Shown here piece after piece: positions 1 to 8,161 of a DNA stretch of 32,000 nucleotides. Below the pieces are notes generated by a model that was not told where the DNA came from, did no database searches, and saw only the letters and a program-made list of their open reading frames with translations. Source of the stretch: Mycolicibacterium smegmatis (GTDB lineage: Bacteria > Actinomycetota > Actinomycetes > Mycobacteriales > Mycobacteriaceae); assembly GCF_001457595.1 (NCBI RefSeq), contig NZ_LN831039.1, positions 2,850,001-2,882,000 of the forward strand, read 5' to 3'. Each line of letters starts with the position of its first letter. The stretch's first letter is position 1. The translations under genes and the position numbers were made by a program.

Positions 1-141
1 CCAGTCGCCTTCGGCGAACGTCTCCTCGGGCAGCATGCCGACATTGACCTTGCGATGCTCACCCGCGACGTCGACCAGGGCGAGTTGTCCGCCGTAGCCG
101 TCGAGCATCCGGACCACCCGTCCGGGAATTCCCAGGCACAT
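1..141 (-). CDS. hypC: HypC/HupF-family hydrogenase maturation chaperone, N-terminal 47 codons only (runs off left edge)
   Basis: Hand translation from ATG at 141: MCLGIPGRVVRMLDGYGGQLALVDVAGEHRKVNVGMLPEETFAEGDW. The MCLGIPG start is the HypC hallmark (essential Cys2). Lies 1 nt downstream of the protease stop. Confidence 0.93.
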   Translation of the reverse strand, partial: MCLGIPGRVVRMLDGYGGQLALVDVAGEHRKVNVGMLPEETFAEGDW

Positions 142-142
142 G

Positions 143-625
143 TCAGGTCCTCCGCACCGGGGTCCGGTGATCTGCCACCGCGGATCTGATCGCCTCGACC
201 GCAGCGGGGACGGCGGCGGCGACCGCGTCGGACAGTCCGATGCCTTCGGCGACACTGCCCACCTCACAACCGATCACGACCGTGGGCGGCACGGCGCCGC
301 CGAGGGCGCGCACGGTCGCGAACACGGCCGCGGGATCCATGGCGTGCGCATCGAGGCCGGGGGTCGTGTCCATGGGGTCGGCCTCGAAGACGCGTAGGGT
401 CCCGGGCCGGACGCGACACGGCAGGGCGTCGACCAGCACCAGGAGGTCCCAGCCCTCGAGCAGGTCGTACGCCAGGTGCAGCCCGCGGATTCCGTAGTCG
501 CACAGACGGACACCCGCGGCAGCCACGTCCGGTGGCACACGGCGCAGCACCTCGGGACCGAACCCGTCGTCACCGAGGAAGATGTTGCCGATGCCGGCCA
601 CCAGGACCGAGTGCGTGATCGTCAC
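143..625 (-). CDS. [NiFe]-hydrogenase maturation endopeptidase (HyaD/HybD/HycI family)
   Basis: MTITHSVLVAGIGNIFLGDDGFGPEVLRRV..., the GxGNxxxxDDGxG motif of the family. GTG start, adjacent to hypC. Confidence 0.93.
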   Translation of the reverse strand: MTITHSVLVAGIGNIFLGDDGFGPEVLRRVPPDVAAAGVRLCDYGIRGLHLAYDLLEGWDLLVLVDALPCRVRPGTLRVFEADPMDTTPGLDAHAMDPAAVFATVRALGGAVPPTVVIGCEVGSVAEGIGLSDAVAAAVPAAVEAIRSAVADHRTPVRRT

Positions 626-628
626 TCC

Positions 629-748
629 TCACATACGCCGCATCTTCAGATACCGCTGCGCGTCCGGTATCGAACGAACTCCGACCACCACGCCCGCGAC
701 CACCACGGCCGCGACGACGACGACCGCGGCCCACCCGACTGCTTCCAT
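629..748 (-). CDS. 39-aa single-pass membrane microprotein (DUF6893-like, family from memory)
   Basis: Hand translation: MEAVGWAAVVVVAAVVVAGVVVGVRSIPDAQRYLKMRRM*. Upstream GAGGAG on the coding strand gives a good Shine-Dalgarno; one hydrophobic helix then a basic tail. Sits 25 nt after the 774..2099 gene and 3 nt before the protease. Confidence 0.72.
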   Translation of the reverse strand: MEAVGWAAVVVVAAVVVAGVVVGVRSIPDAQRYLKMRRM

Positions 749-773
749 CTGGCACTCCTCTCACTGCGTCCGC

Positions 774-2099
774 TCATATGGGTTCGATTTCGTCCGGCGC
801 GAAGTACAGGTAACGGCCGTACCAGTCGTGCAGGTCGGCCGCCGGATCGTCGTCGAGCACCACACCGACATGCCGTTCGCCGTCGACGTCCTCGTGAATG
901 GAGGCCACCCAGGCGATCCGGTTGTCGAAGAACAGATCCTGTGCGTCGGCGCGGCGAGACGGATGCAGCCGCACCCGGCAGCCGCGGCTGACCGCGACAC
1001 CGTTGACCAGCACGGCATCGACCGCCGGGTCGACGGCGTTGTCCGCCAGCGGATCCCACCACGGCACGCCGTCGGGGACCTCCGGGAGCAGGCTGGACCG
1101 CTCATCGTCGGTGGTGCGCAGTACGCCGTGCAGGTCGAGCATCGCCTCGGCGGACATGGCGTCGCACCGGTCGATGATCTGCGCGGCGAGCGGGTCGGTC
1201 GCGCGCGCCAGCAGCTTCTCCTCGTCGGTCAGCGCCATCACGCGCAGGGTGAGGATCTCGTCGATCTCGCACGAGTCGTACAGGGCGCCCCGGCTCTGCG
1301 CGGCGATCTGGGGGTGGTCGTAGAGGATGATCGGTGAGACCAGCATGAGATCTCGGGTCCCGTCGGGCCCGGCCAGAACCGGGAAGCAGCGGTGCCGCTC
1401 ACACCGCGACACTGCTTCGGCCGCGCGATCATCCGGTTCGAGCAGTGACACGAACTCGCCGTCGTCGATCTCGGCGATCAGGTGGGTGCCGAGGAACGAC
1501 ACCGCGGTCGCGCTCTGCCTGTCCTCGACCGGAGCGGCGCGGTTGCGCACCGTCATCGTCACCCGGAACAGGTCGCCGTCGGGTTCGGCCCGAAGGAGCA
1601 GTTCACCGCACAGGGCCCGGCGGGTGCGAACCAGACGCCCGCCCTCGACGGTCTCGATCTCGCGGCCGCCTTCGACGGTGATCGGGTGCGTTCGCGAAGT
1701 CGTGAGATCATCGACATCGAACGGGCCGAGGGTGACCTGCTGCGCGACGGCCTCGTCCCAGCTCAGCCATGAGCCCGCGGTGGACACGAGTTCGTCGACG
1801 GGGACGAAACTTTCGCGCGCGGCGTCGTCGAGGTGGCGGCGCTCGGCCGACCTGTGCTGCAGCTGCAGGAAACGGACCGTCACCGAGAGCCGTCCGCGGC
1901 CGTCGCCGCGGACGAGGAGCTGTGCGGACATCGAGCTGTTCTCGCCGATCCCGGCGGATTCGGCGCCTTCGGGCCCCAGAACGCCCCACTGCCAACGGCA
2001 CTGGTTCTTGGCCGCATCCCCACGGTAGGGGTACAGCAGGTAACCCTCGTAGAGCACGGCATCGGCGACTGCGAGGACCTGTTCTGTGGCGGTGCTCAT
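774..2099 (-). CDS. Uncharacterised hydrogenase-operon protein, 441 aa
   Basis: MSTATEQVLAVADAVLYEGYLLYPYRGDAAKNQCRWQWGVLGPEG...WYGRYLYFAPDEIEPI*. ATG at 2099 gives an ATGA overlap with the upstream gene; the longer 2606 start of the track is rejected. Confidence 0.85.
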   Translation of the reverse strand: MSTATEQVLAVADAVLYEGYLLYPYRGDAAKNQCRWQWGVLGPEGAESAGIGENSSMSAQLLVRGDGRGRLSVTVRFLQLQHRSAERRHLDDAARESFVPVDELVSTAGSWLSWDEAVAQQVTLGPFDVDDLTTSRTHPITVEGGREIETVEGGRLVRTRRALCGELLLRAEPDGDLFRVTMTVRNRAAPVEDRQSATAVSFLGTHLIAEIDDGEFVSLLEPDDRAAEAVSRCERHRCFPVLAGPDGTRDLMLVSPIILYDHPQIAAQSRGALYDSCEIDEILTLRVMALTDEEKLLARATDPLAAQIIDRCDAMSAEAMLDLHGVLRTTDDERSSLLPEVPDGVPWWDPLADNAVDPAVDAVLVNGVAVSRGCRVRLHPSRRADAQDLFFDNRIAWVASIHEDVDGERHVGVVLDDDPAADLHDWYGRYLYFAPDEIEPI

Positions 2100-2752
2100 G
2101 GGATGTCCTCCCGGGCCAGCAGTGTGCCGACCGCTTCGTCGAACGACAGCAACCCCCGCTGGGTCTTGTACCCGGCGAGCCGCTCGAGGGTGTCGCGGTC
2201 CAGCCGCAGCCAGCCGGTGTGGGGGAAGTGCCGCTCCATCAGGAGCTGCCACACCGCGACGGGCATGTCGACGTGGTCCTCGCGGTCCCACGGGATGTGC
2301 TGGACCGCGAGCCCGCCTGCACCGCGGGTGAACACGGTGCCGCTGAACAGGAATTGCAGCGGCACCGTGCCCTCCCGCAGTGCGTGCAGATATTTCGACG
2401 CCGCGACCTCGAAGTCGTACGTGCAGTTCAACGCCAGGTCGATCTGTGTGGCGCCGGTGAAGCCGGGGACCATCGCCGCCGTGTGCTGCCACAGGAACGT
2501 GTGCTGCGTGGTGTTCCAGCGGTCGCGGGGCCCGAACAGATCCAGTAGACCGGCGGCCTCGGCGTCGGTGTAGGCGCGCCGTAGCGGGTCGATGCGAACC
2601 TGACACCGCAGCGCGATCGCGTGCACAGGGTCTTCACCCGTCGCGGACACGCCCAGCCGCGCCGTCAGGATCGGTGTCACCGCAAAGGGTTCCGGCGCGA
2701 TGTCGAGAACCGCGAAGGTGACCGCGAGCGGATCTGCGCCAAGGCTGGTCAC
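2096..2752 (-). CDS. DUF6084-like hydrogenase-associated protein, 218 aa
   Basis: GTG start at 2752 (GTGA overlap with previous stop): MTSLGADPLAVTFAVLDIAPEPFAVTPILTARLGV...AVGTLLAREDIP*. Family name from memory. Confidence 0.82.
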   Translation of the reverse strand: MTSLGADPLAVTFAVLDIAPEPFAVTPILTARLGVSATGEDPVHAIALRCQVRIDPLRRAYTDAEAAGLLDLFGPRDRWNTTQHTFLWQHTAAMVPGFTGATQIDLALNCTYDFEVAASKYLHALREGTVPLQFLFSGTVFTRGAGGLAVQHIPWDREDHVDMPVAVWQLLMERHFPHTGWLRLDRDTLERLAGYKTQRGLLSFDEAVGTLLAREDIP

Positions 2753-3399
2753 GGCGGCACCTCCGTGCCCCGCTCGCGCAGCGAGTCGAAGAACTCCGCG
2801 ATGTACCTGCGGACGTCCTGACCGCCGTCGAAGCCGCGCCACAGCAGCCGCAGCCTCCCCACGAACTCGTAGCACGTGTCGATGGGCACGAGATGACAAG
2901 CGGGAGCGGTGTTCTCGTCGTCGCCCTGGTCGACGCGGAGCATCAACGCCTCGGTGTCGTCGGCGAGCAGCGTGGCCCGTGGATCGGCGTTCTCGATGTC
3001 CTGCCAGGCGGTGAGGTCCAGTTCGGATTCGGTCGCGCCGGCCGGGCCCGGATAGAACGCGGCCACCCGTCCGAGGACGGAGTTGCGCATGAAGAACACC
3101 ACACCGACCGGAATCTGCAGCGCCTCCAGTTCGCGCCTGTCCAGGGCGAATTGCGGAAACGTCAGGTAGCGATCCGGCACGGCGCGGTACCGCAGCTCGG
3201 CATGATCGTGGGTGAACAGCAGATAGCAGGCCCGGCACACGCACATCAGCTGCCGGCCTTCGACGTTGACGACGTGCTGGTGGTGCCCGCCGATCGGTTC
3301 TGCGCACATCTCGCAGCACTCGTCGGTGCTCGCAGCCGGGCCGCCACGGACGTCCCGGGTCGCGCGGATCCGGGCCAGGACGTCCTGCGGGCCGGTCAC
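2749..3399 (-). CDS. DUF5947-like hydrogenase-associated protein with CEMC/CVCRAC cysteine pairs, 216 aa
   Basis: GTG start at 3399, GTGA overlap. MTGPQDVLARIRATRDVRGGPAASTDECCEMCAEPIGGHHQHVVNVEGRQLMCVCRACYLLFT... Family name from memory. Confidence 0.83.
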   Translation of the reverse strand: MTGPQDVLARIRATRDVRGGPAASTDECCEMCAEPIGGHHQHVVNVEGRQLMCVCRACYLLFTHDHAELRYRAVPDRYLTFPQFALDRRELEALQIPVGVVFFMRNSVLGRVAAFYPGPAGATESELDLTAWQDIENADPRATLLADDTEALMLRVDQGDDENTAPACHLVPIDTCYEFVGRLRLLWRGFDGGQDVRRYIAEFFDSLRERGTEVPP

Positions 3400-4319
3400 G
3401 GTCCGGCCTCACCTGCGGTGGACCACAGGGCCAGCGTCGGCACACCGTCACGCATCAGGACCGGCACGGGTTCGAGCTGGGCGGAATCCGACAGGCCCGC
3501 GTGGACCACGTCGAAACCGGTGGCGCAGTGCGGGCATCGCAACACCTGCCCGGTGAGCACCGCACCGGCGAACGTGCGGCCGCACGATGCGCAGCGGTCG
3601 TGGTAGGCGAAGTATTCGTCGCCGACCCGGCAGGCCATCACCGTGGCTCCGTCGACGCGGAACCCACCCACCTGACCGGGGGAGAGGCCGTCGAGCTCGG
3701 GGACCGCATGCCATTCGACGTGGCGCCTGCCGTCGGAGTGCACACGCGCCAGCAGCGATTGCGCGGGGATCACGGCAGCAGGTTCCGGTTCGGCGTTCAC
3801 CACCTCGATCGACGACACCTCCGGGGCCGCGGCCAGCACGGCGTCGGAGATCGCGAGCTCCAAGGTGGCCGCCGACGACGGGCAGCTCTTGCAGCTGCCG
3901 CTGAACCGCAACCGCGCCACCGCACCGTCTGCCCCTGGCACGACGTCGAGCAGTCGGACATCACCGCCGTGGGAACCGAGATACGGCCGCACGCGGTCGA
4001 GGGCGTCGGCGATGCGGCGGTGCACCGGATGCGGGTGCAGGCCGTGCACCAACAGCAGGCTCGCCACCAGATCGTCGGCCGCGAACGTCCCGGCGAGCTC
4101 CGGTGCGGCCGTGACCGCGGCGCGCACCATGCGTTCCAGCGCGGCGCCGTAGAGGTCGGTGACCTCGCGCACCAACTGCTCGGCGCGGGCCCGCGCGGTC
4201 GGGCCGGCCGCGGCGTCGAGGAGGCTCTCGATCCGCTCACCCGCCGTGCGCCATCGGGCCTCGTCGCCGGACTGTGTGTCAACGGGAACGTCGGCAAGTG
4301 GCGTGACGGCGGGCGCCAT
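3396..4319 (-). CDS. NifU C-terminal-like domain fused to a Rieske-like domain, 307 aa; hydrogenase-associated putative Fe-S/electron-transfer protein
   Basis: HGGDVRLLDVVPG...FSGSCKSCPSS (NifU CxxC) followed by a Rieske-like region ...DRCASCGRTFAGAVLTGQVLRCPHCATGFDVVHAG. Starts 3 nt after hhyL. Confidence 0.86.
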   Translation of the reverse strand: MAPAVTPLADVPVDTQSGDEARWRTAGERIESLLDAAAGPTARARAEQLVREVTDLYGAALERMVRAAVTAAPELAGTFAADDLVASLLLVHGLHPHPVHRRIADALDRVRPYLGSHGGDVRLLDVVPGADGAVARLRFSGSCKSCPSSAATLELAISDAVLAAAPEVSSIEVVNAEPEPAAVIPAQSLLARVHSDGRRHVEWHAVPELDGLSPGQVGGFRVDGATVMACRVGDEYFAYHDRCASCGRTFAGAVLTGQVLRCPHCATGFDVVHAGLSDSAQLEPVPVLMRDGVPTLALWSTAGEAGP

Positions 4320-4322
4320 GCG

Positions 4323-6119
4323 TCAGTCCCCGGTCGCGGACTGTGTCGGAGTGTGCAGCAGGTCCAAGGTTTTTCCGCCGCCGAGGTACATGTGCACACC
4401 GCACGGCAGGCACGGATCGAAGCTGCGCACCGTGCGCATGATGTCGATGCCCTTGAAGTGCTCCCGATCGTTCTCCTCGAAGATCGGCTGACCCTGCACG
4501 GCGTCCTCGTAGGGCCCCGGTGTGCCGTAGCTGTCACGGGGATTGGCGTTCCACGGCGTCGGTGGGTACGGGTGGTAGTTCGCGATCTTGCCGTCGCGGA
4601 TCACCATGTGGTGGCTCAGCACGCCGCGAACGGCCTCGGTGAACCCGCAGCCGATGCCCTCGTCGGGCACCTCGAACTTCTCCCACGTCTTGGTGCGGCC
4701 CGCGCGGATCTCGGTGAGTGCCTTCTCGGCGAAGTGCAGCGCACACGCCGCGGCGTAGGCCTGGAAGTACGTCCTGGCGCGGTTGCGTTCGATGGTGTTG
4801 CTGCCCTTGGCCGGGATCTTCCACTCGAATTCGACGGGTCCCTTGAGCGCGGTCTTGGGCAGGTTGATCTGCACGCTGTTGCCGGTCGACCTGACGTAGC
4901 CGATGTCGACGAGGCCTGCCAGCGCGGTCGCCCACAACCGTGCGAGCGGTCCGCCCCCGGTGTCGAGGGCGAGGTGGTCCTTGCCGTCGAACCACCGCGG
5001 CGACATCACCCAGCTGTAGTTCTCGTCGAAGTCGCGCTTCTGCGGCTTGGGGTTGGTGTGCTGATTCCACGGATGCCGCCGGTCCACCGGATTGCCCAGC
5101 GGATCGGTCTTGACGAACATCTCCTGGTCTTCCCAGTCGTCGTAATAGCTGTGGCCCAACAGGATCCGGATGCCGAGGTTGATATCCACCAGCGATGTGG
5201 TGACCAGCTTGCCGTCGACGACCACGCCGGGGGTGACGAACATCTTGCGGCCCCAGGCCTCCATGTCGCGGTAGCTGAAGTTGCAGTGCTCGGGGTCCTG
5301 GAACGAACCCCAGCACCCCAGCAGCGTGCGGCGCAGACCCACCTGCTCGTACCCGGGCAGTGCCTCGTAGAAGAAGTCGAAGAGGTCGTCGTGCATCGGG
5401 ACGACCTTCTTCATGAACTCGACGTAGCGCATCAACCGTGTCATGTAGTCGGTCATCAGCTGGATCGTCGCCACGGTGCCGACCCCGCCGGGATACAGCG
5501 TGGACGGGTGCACATGGCGACCTTCCATGAGGCAGAACATCTCTCGGGTCCACCGGCTGACCTGCAGCGCCTCACGGTAGAACTCGCCGGTGAACGGGTT
5601 GAGGGCCCGCATGATGTCGGCGATCGTCCGGTAGCCGTGCATGCCCGCGTGCGGCGCCTCGGTGTTCTCGGCCTTGGCCAGCACACTCGGATTGGTCTCG
5701 GAGACCATCTTCTCGCAGAAGTCCACCCCGACCAGGTTCTCCTGGAAGATGTTGTGGTCGAACATGTACTCCGCGGCCTCACCCAGGTTGACGATCCACT
5801 CGGCGACGTGGGGCGGTTGCACGCCGTAGGCCATGTTCTGGGCGTAGCACGAGCACGTGGCGTGGTTGTCACCGCAGATGCCGCAGATGCGACTGGTGAT
5901 GAAGTGCGCGTCCCGCGGATCCTTGCCCTTCATGAACAGCGAGTAGCCCCGGAAGATCGACGACGTGCTGTGGCATTCGACGACCTCGCGGTTCTCGAAG
6001 TCGATCTTGGTGTAGATGCCGAGGCTGCCGACGATGCGTGTGATGGGGTCCCACGACATCTCCACCAGTTGGCCCGGCTCGCGTTCGGTGTCTGACGGCT
6101 TGGGAGCTGTGGTGGTCAT
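4323..6119 (-). CDS. hhyL: High-affinity [NiFe]-hydrogenase large subunit, group 1h type, 598 aa
   Basis: L1 motif TSRICGICGDNHATCS and L2 motif SFDPCLPCGVHM followed by a C-terminal extension MYLGGGKTLDLLHTPTQSATGD expected to be cleaved. Start MTTTAPKPSD at 6119 preferred over the 6221 GTG. Confidence 0.97.
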   Translation of the reverse strand: MTTTAPKPSDTEREPGQLVEMSWDPITRIVGSLGIYTKIDFENREVVECHSTSSIFRGYSLFMKGKDPRDAHFITSRICGICGDNHATCSCYAQNMAYGVQPPHVAEWIVNLGEAAEYMFDHNIFQENLVGVDFCEKMVSETNPSVLAKAENTEAPHAGMHGYRTIADIMRALNPFTGEFYREALQVSRWTREMFCLMEGRHVHPSTLYPGGVGTVATIQLMTDYMTRLMRYVEFMKKVVPMHDDLFDFFYEALPGYEQVGLRRTLLGCWGSFQDPEHCNFSYRDMEAWGRKMFVTPGVVVDGKLVTTSLVDINLGIRILLGHSYYDDWEDQEMFVKTDPLGNPVDRRHPWNQHTNPKPQKRDFDENYSWVMSPRWFDGKDHLALDTGGGPLARLWATALAGLVDIGYVRSTGNSVQINLPKTALKGPVEFEWKIPAKGSNTIERNRARTYFQAYAAACALHFAEKALTEIRAGRTKTWEKFEVPDEGIGCGFTEAVRGVLSHHMVIRDGKIANYHPYPPTPWNANPRDSYGTPGPYEDAVQGQPIFEENDREHFKGIDIMRTVRSFDPCLPCGVHMYLGGGKTLDLLHTPTQSATGD

Positions 6120-6221
6120 CAGGATCTTCTTCCGTGAAGGACGCTGCGGGGGAGGAGATGTCGACACCGCGTCGAGGCGGTGGCGGACGTGGCTGCGGAG
6201 CCGACCCGCGCGGGCCGGCAC

Positions 6222-7277
6222 CTACCAGGTGCGGGTGGCCCCGGATTCCAGCTTCGTACCGCGATGCCGCCACCGTGGTTCCTTGTCCACGGTGCGGCCG
6301 GTGATGTGGCGCAGGCTGCGGATGGCCGAGCCGTAGAGACCCGATGCGGCAGTGGAGACCTTGCCGCCGGGCGGCTCGTCCATGAACGGCATGAACTTGT
6401 CGGGGAATCCCGGCATCGTGCACCCGATGCAGATGCCGCCGACGTTGGGGCAGCCGCCGATACCGTTGATCCACCCGCGTTTCGGCACGTTGCACTTGAC
6501 CACGGGGCCCCAACACCCGAGTTTGACAATGCATTTGGGGGAGCCGTACTCGGTGGCGAAGTCGCCCTGCTCGTAGTATCCGGCGCGGTCGCACCCCTCG
6601 TGCACCGACTGTCCGAACAGCCACTTCGGCCGCAGCGCGTCGTCCAGCGGGATCATGGGCGCCTGATCGGTGGCCATGTACAGCAGGTAGGTCAGGGTCT
6701 CGGCCAGGTTGTCGGGATGGATCGGGCAGCCCGGCACGCACACGATCGGTATGCCCGCCTTGCTCTTCCAGTCCCAGCCCAGATAGTCGGGCACGCCCAT
6801 GGCGCCGGTCGGGTTACCGGCCATGGCATGGATCCCGCCGTAGGTGGCGCACGTGCCGACGGCGACCACCGCGGTGGCCTTCGGGGTGAGCCGGTCGAGC
6901 CACTCGCTCGTGGTGATCGGTTGCCCGGTCGCCGGGTCGTTACCGAACCCGCACCAATACCCTTCGTTCTTGATCTCCTCGTTGGGGATCGAGCCCTCGA
7001 CGACGAGTACGAACGGGTCGAGTTCACCGCGTTCGGCTCTGAAGAACCAGGCGAGGAAATCGTCGGCCCCGCCCGTGGGCCCGCATTCGAAATCGATGAG
7101 GGGCCAGTGGACGGCGATCTTGGGCAGGCCGGGGAGCGCCCCGAGAGCGATCTCCTCGATGCTCGGTTGCGTGGCGGCAGTCAACGCCACAGAATCACCG
7201 TCACAACTCAATCCGGCGTTGATCCAAAGCACATGGATCAGTGCCTGTTCCGCCTTGACTGCAGCCTCCGTTGGCAT
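6222..7277 (-). CDS. hhyS: [NiFe]-hydrogenase small subunit, group 1h type
   Basis: MPTEAAVKAEQALIHVLWINAGLSCDGDSVAL...VGTCATYGGI...PGCPIHPDN...GGCPNVGGICIGCTMPGFPDKFMPF, the Fe-S cluster Cys pattern of small subunits. CxxD in place of CxxC at the proximal site. Confidence 0.97.
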   Translation of the reverse strand: MPTEAAVKAEQALIHVLWINAGLSCDGDSVALTAATQPSIEEIALGALPGLPKIAVHWPLIDFECGPTGGADDFLAWFFRAERGELDPFVLVVEGSIPNEEIKNEGYWCGFGNDPATGQPITTSEWLDRLTPKATAVVAVGTCATYGGIHAMAGNPTGAMGVPDYLGWDWKSKAGIPIVCVPGCPIHPDNLAETLTYLLYMATDQAPMIPLDDALRPKWLFGQSVHEGCDRAGYYEQGDFATEYGSPKCIVKLGCWGPVVKCNVPKRGWINGIGGCPNVGGICIGCTMPGFPDKFMPFMDEPPGGKVSTAASGLYGSAIRSLRHITGRTVDKEPRWRHRGTKLESGATRTW

Positions 7278-7342
7278 ACGTCACAGCTTTCCGGGGCCCG
7301 GGCTGGGGGTCCCAACGTCCCGAGTGAAGACGCGCGCGGTGT

Positions 7343-7358
7343 GTTCCAGCGCTGGAAC
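7343..7358. promoter_or_regulatory. Perfect 16-bp palindrome GTTCCAGCGCTGGAAC, candidate operator upstream of hhyS
   Basis: Read directly. Centre about 73 bp upstream of the hhyS ATG (7277), in the 109-bp hypB-hhyS gap. Confidence 0.45.
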
Positions 7359-7386
7359 TCGGTTTACTCCGGCGAGATCGGCTTTG

Positions 7387-8160
7387 TCAATGGATCCTTT
7401 CGCCCAACCACTCGTACCACGCCGAGAGACCATCGCCCCGCGTTGCCGAGGTCTGCAGGATGGTGACGGCAGGGTTCACCGATCGTGCGTAGCGACAACA
7501 GGTTTCGATGTCAAAGTTCACGTAGGGAAGCAGGTCGATCTTGTTGAGGATCACCAGCCCGGCCGCGGCGAACATGTGGGGGTACTTGAGGGGTTTGTCG
7601 GTGCCTTCGGTGACCGAGATGACGACGACCTTCTGGTACTCGCCGAGATCGAACAGCGCCGGACACACGAGGTTTCCGACATTCTCGATGAACAACAGCG
7701 AACCGGGGGAGGGATCGAGTGCGTCGATTGCACGGTGCACCATCGACGCGTCGAGGTGGCATCCGGCGCCGGTGTTGACCTGAACCGCGCGTGCGCCGGC
7801 CGCACGGATCCGGTCGGCGTCGAGCAGGGTCTCCTGATCGCCCTCGATCACCGCGACCGCGTGGTCACGCCCGAGATCGCGGATCGTGCGTTCGAGCAGC
7901 GTGGTCTTGCCCGCCCCCGGCGAACTCGTGATGTTGAGCGCCAGGATCCCGCGCGCGGTGAGCCATTCGCGGTTCTGTTGGGCGAGCATGTCGTTCTTGG
8001 CCAGCACGCGCTGTTCGAGCGTGACGGTCTCGGTGGGCGGGTGGTCGTGGGTGTGTGGGTGATCGTGATCGTGCTCGTGGTGGTGCGGCGGCGCTTCGCC
8101 GGCGAGGGTGACCGGGACACCGGCGCCGTCGGCCCCGCCGCATCCGCAGGTTGCGCACAT
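7387..8160 (-). CDS. hypB: Hydrogenase nickel incorporation GTPase HypB
   Basis: MCATCGCGG N-terminus, His/Asp-rich stretch HHHEHDHDHPHTHDH, P-loop SSPGAGKTTLLE, NKIDLLPY. Confidence 0.96.
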   Translation of the reverse strand: MCATCGCGGADGAGVPVTLAGEAPPHHHEHDHDHPHTHDHPPTETVTLEQRVLAKNDMLAQQNREWLTARGILALNITSSPGAGKTTLLERTIRDLGRDHAVAVIEGDQETLLDADRIRAAGARAVQVNTGAGCHLDASMVHRAIDALDPSPGSLLFIENVGNLVCPALFDLGEYQKVVVISVTEGTDKPLKYPHMFAAAGLVILNKIDLLPYVNFDIETCCRYARSVNPAVTILQTSATRGDGLSAWYEWLGERIH

Positions 8161-8161
8161 G

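Noticed and set aside
3501-6095. 864-aa plus-strand ORF antisense to hhyL and neighbours
   Set aside because: Mirror ORF typical of high-GC DNA; His/Arg/Val-rich with no motif, while the opposite strand encodes an unambiguous hydrogenase.
8025-8085. GTG-rich tract as possible regulatory repeat
   Set aside because: Encodes the well-known His-rich nickel-binding stretch of HypB.
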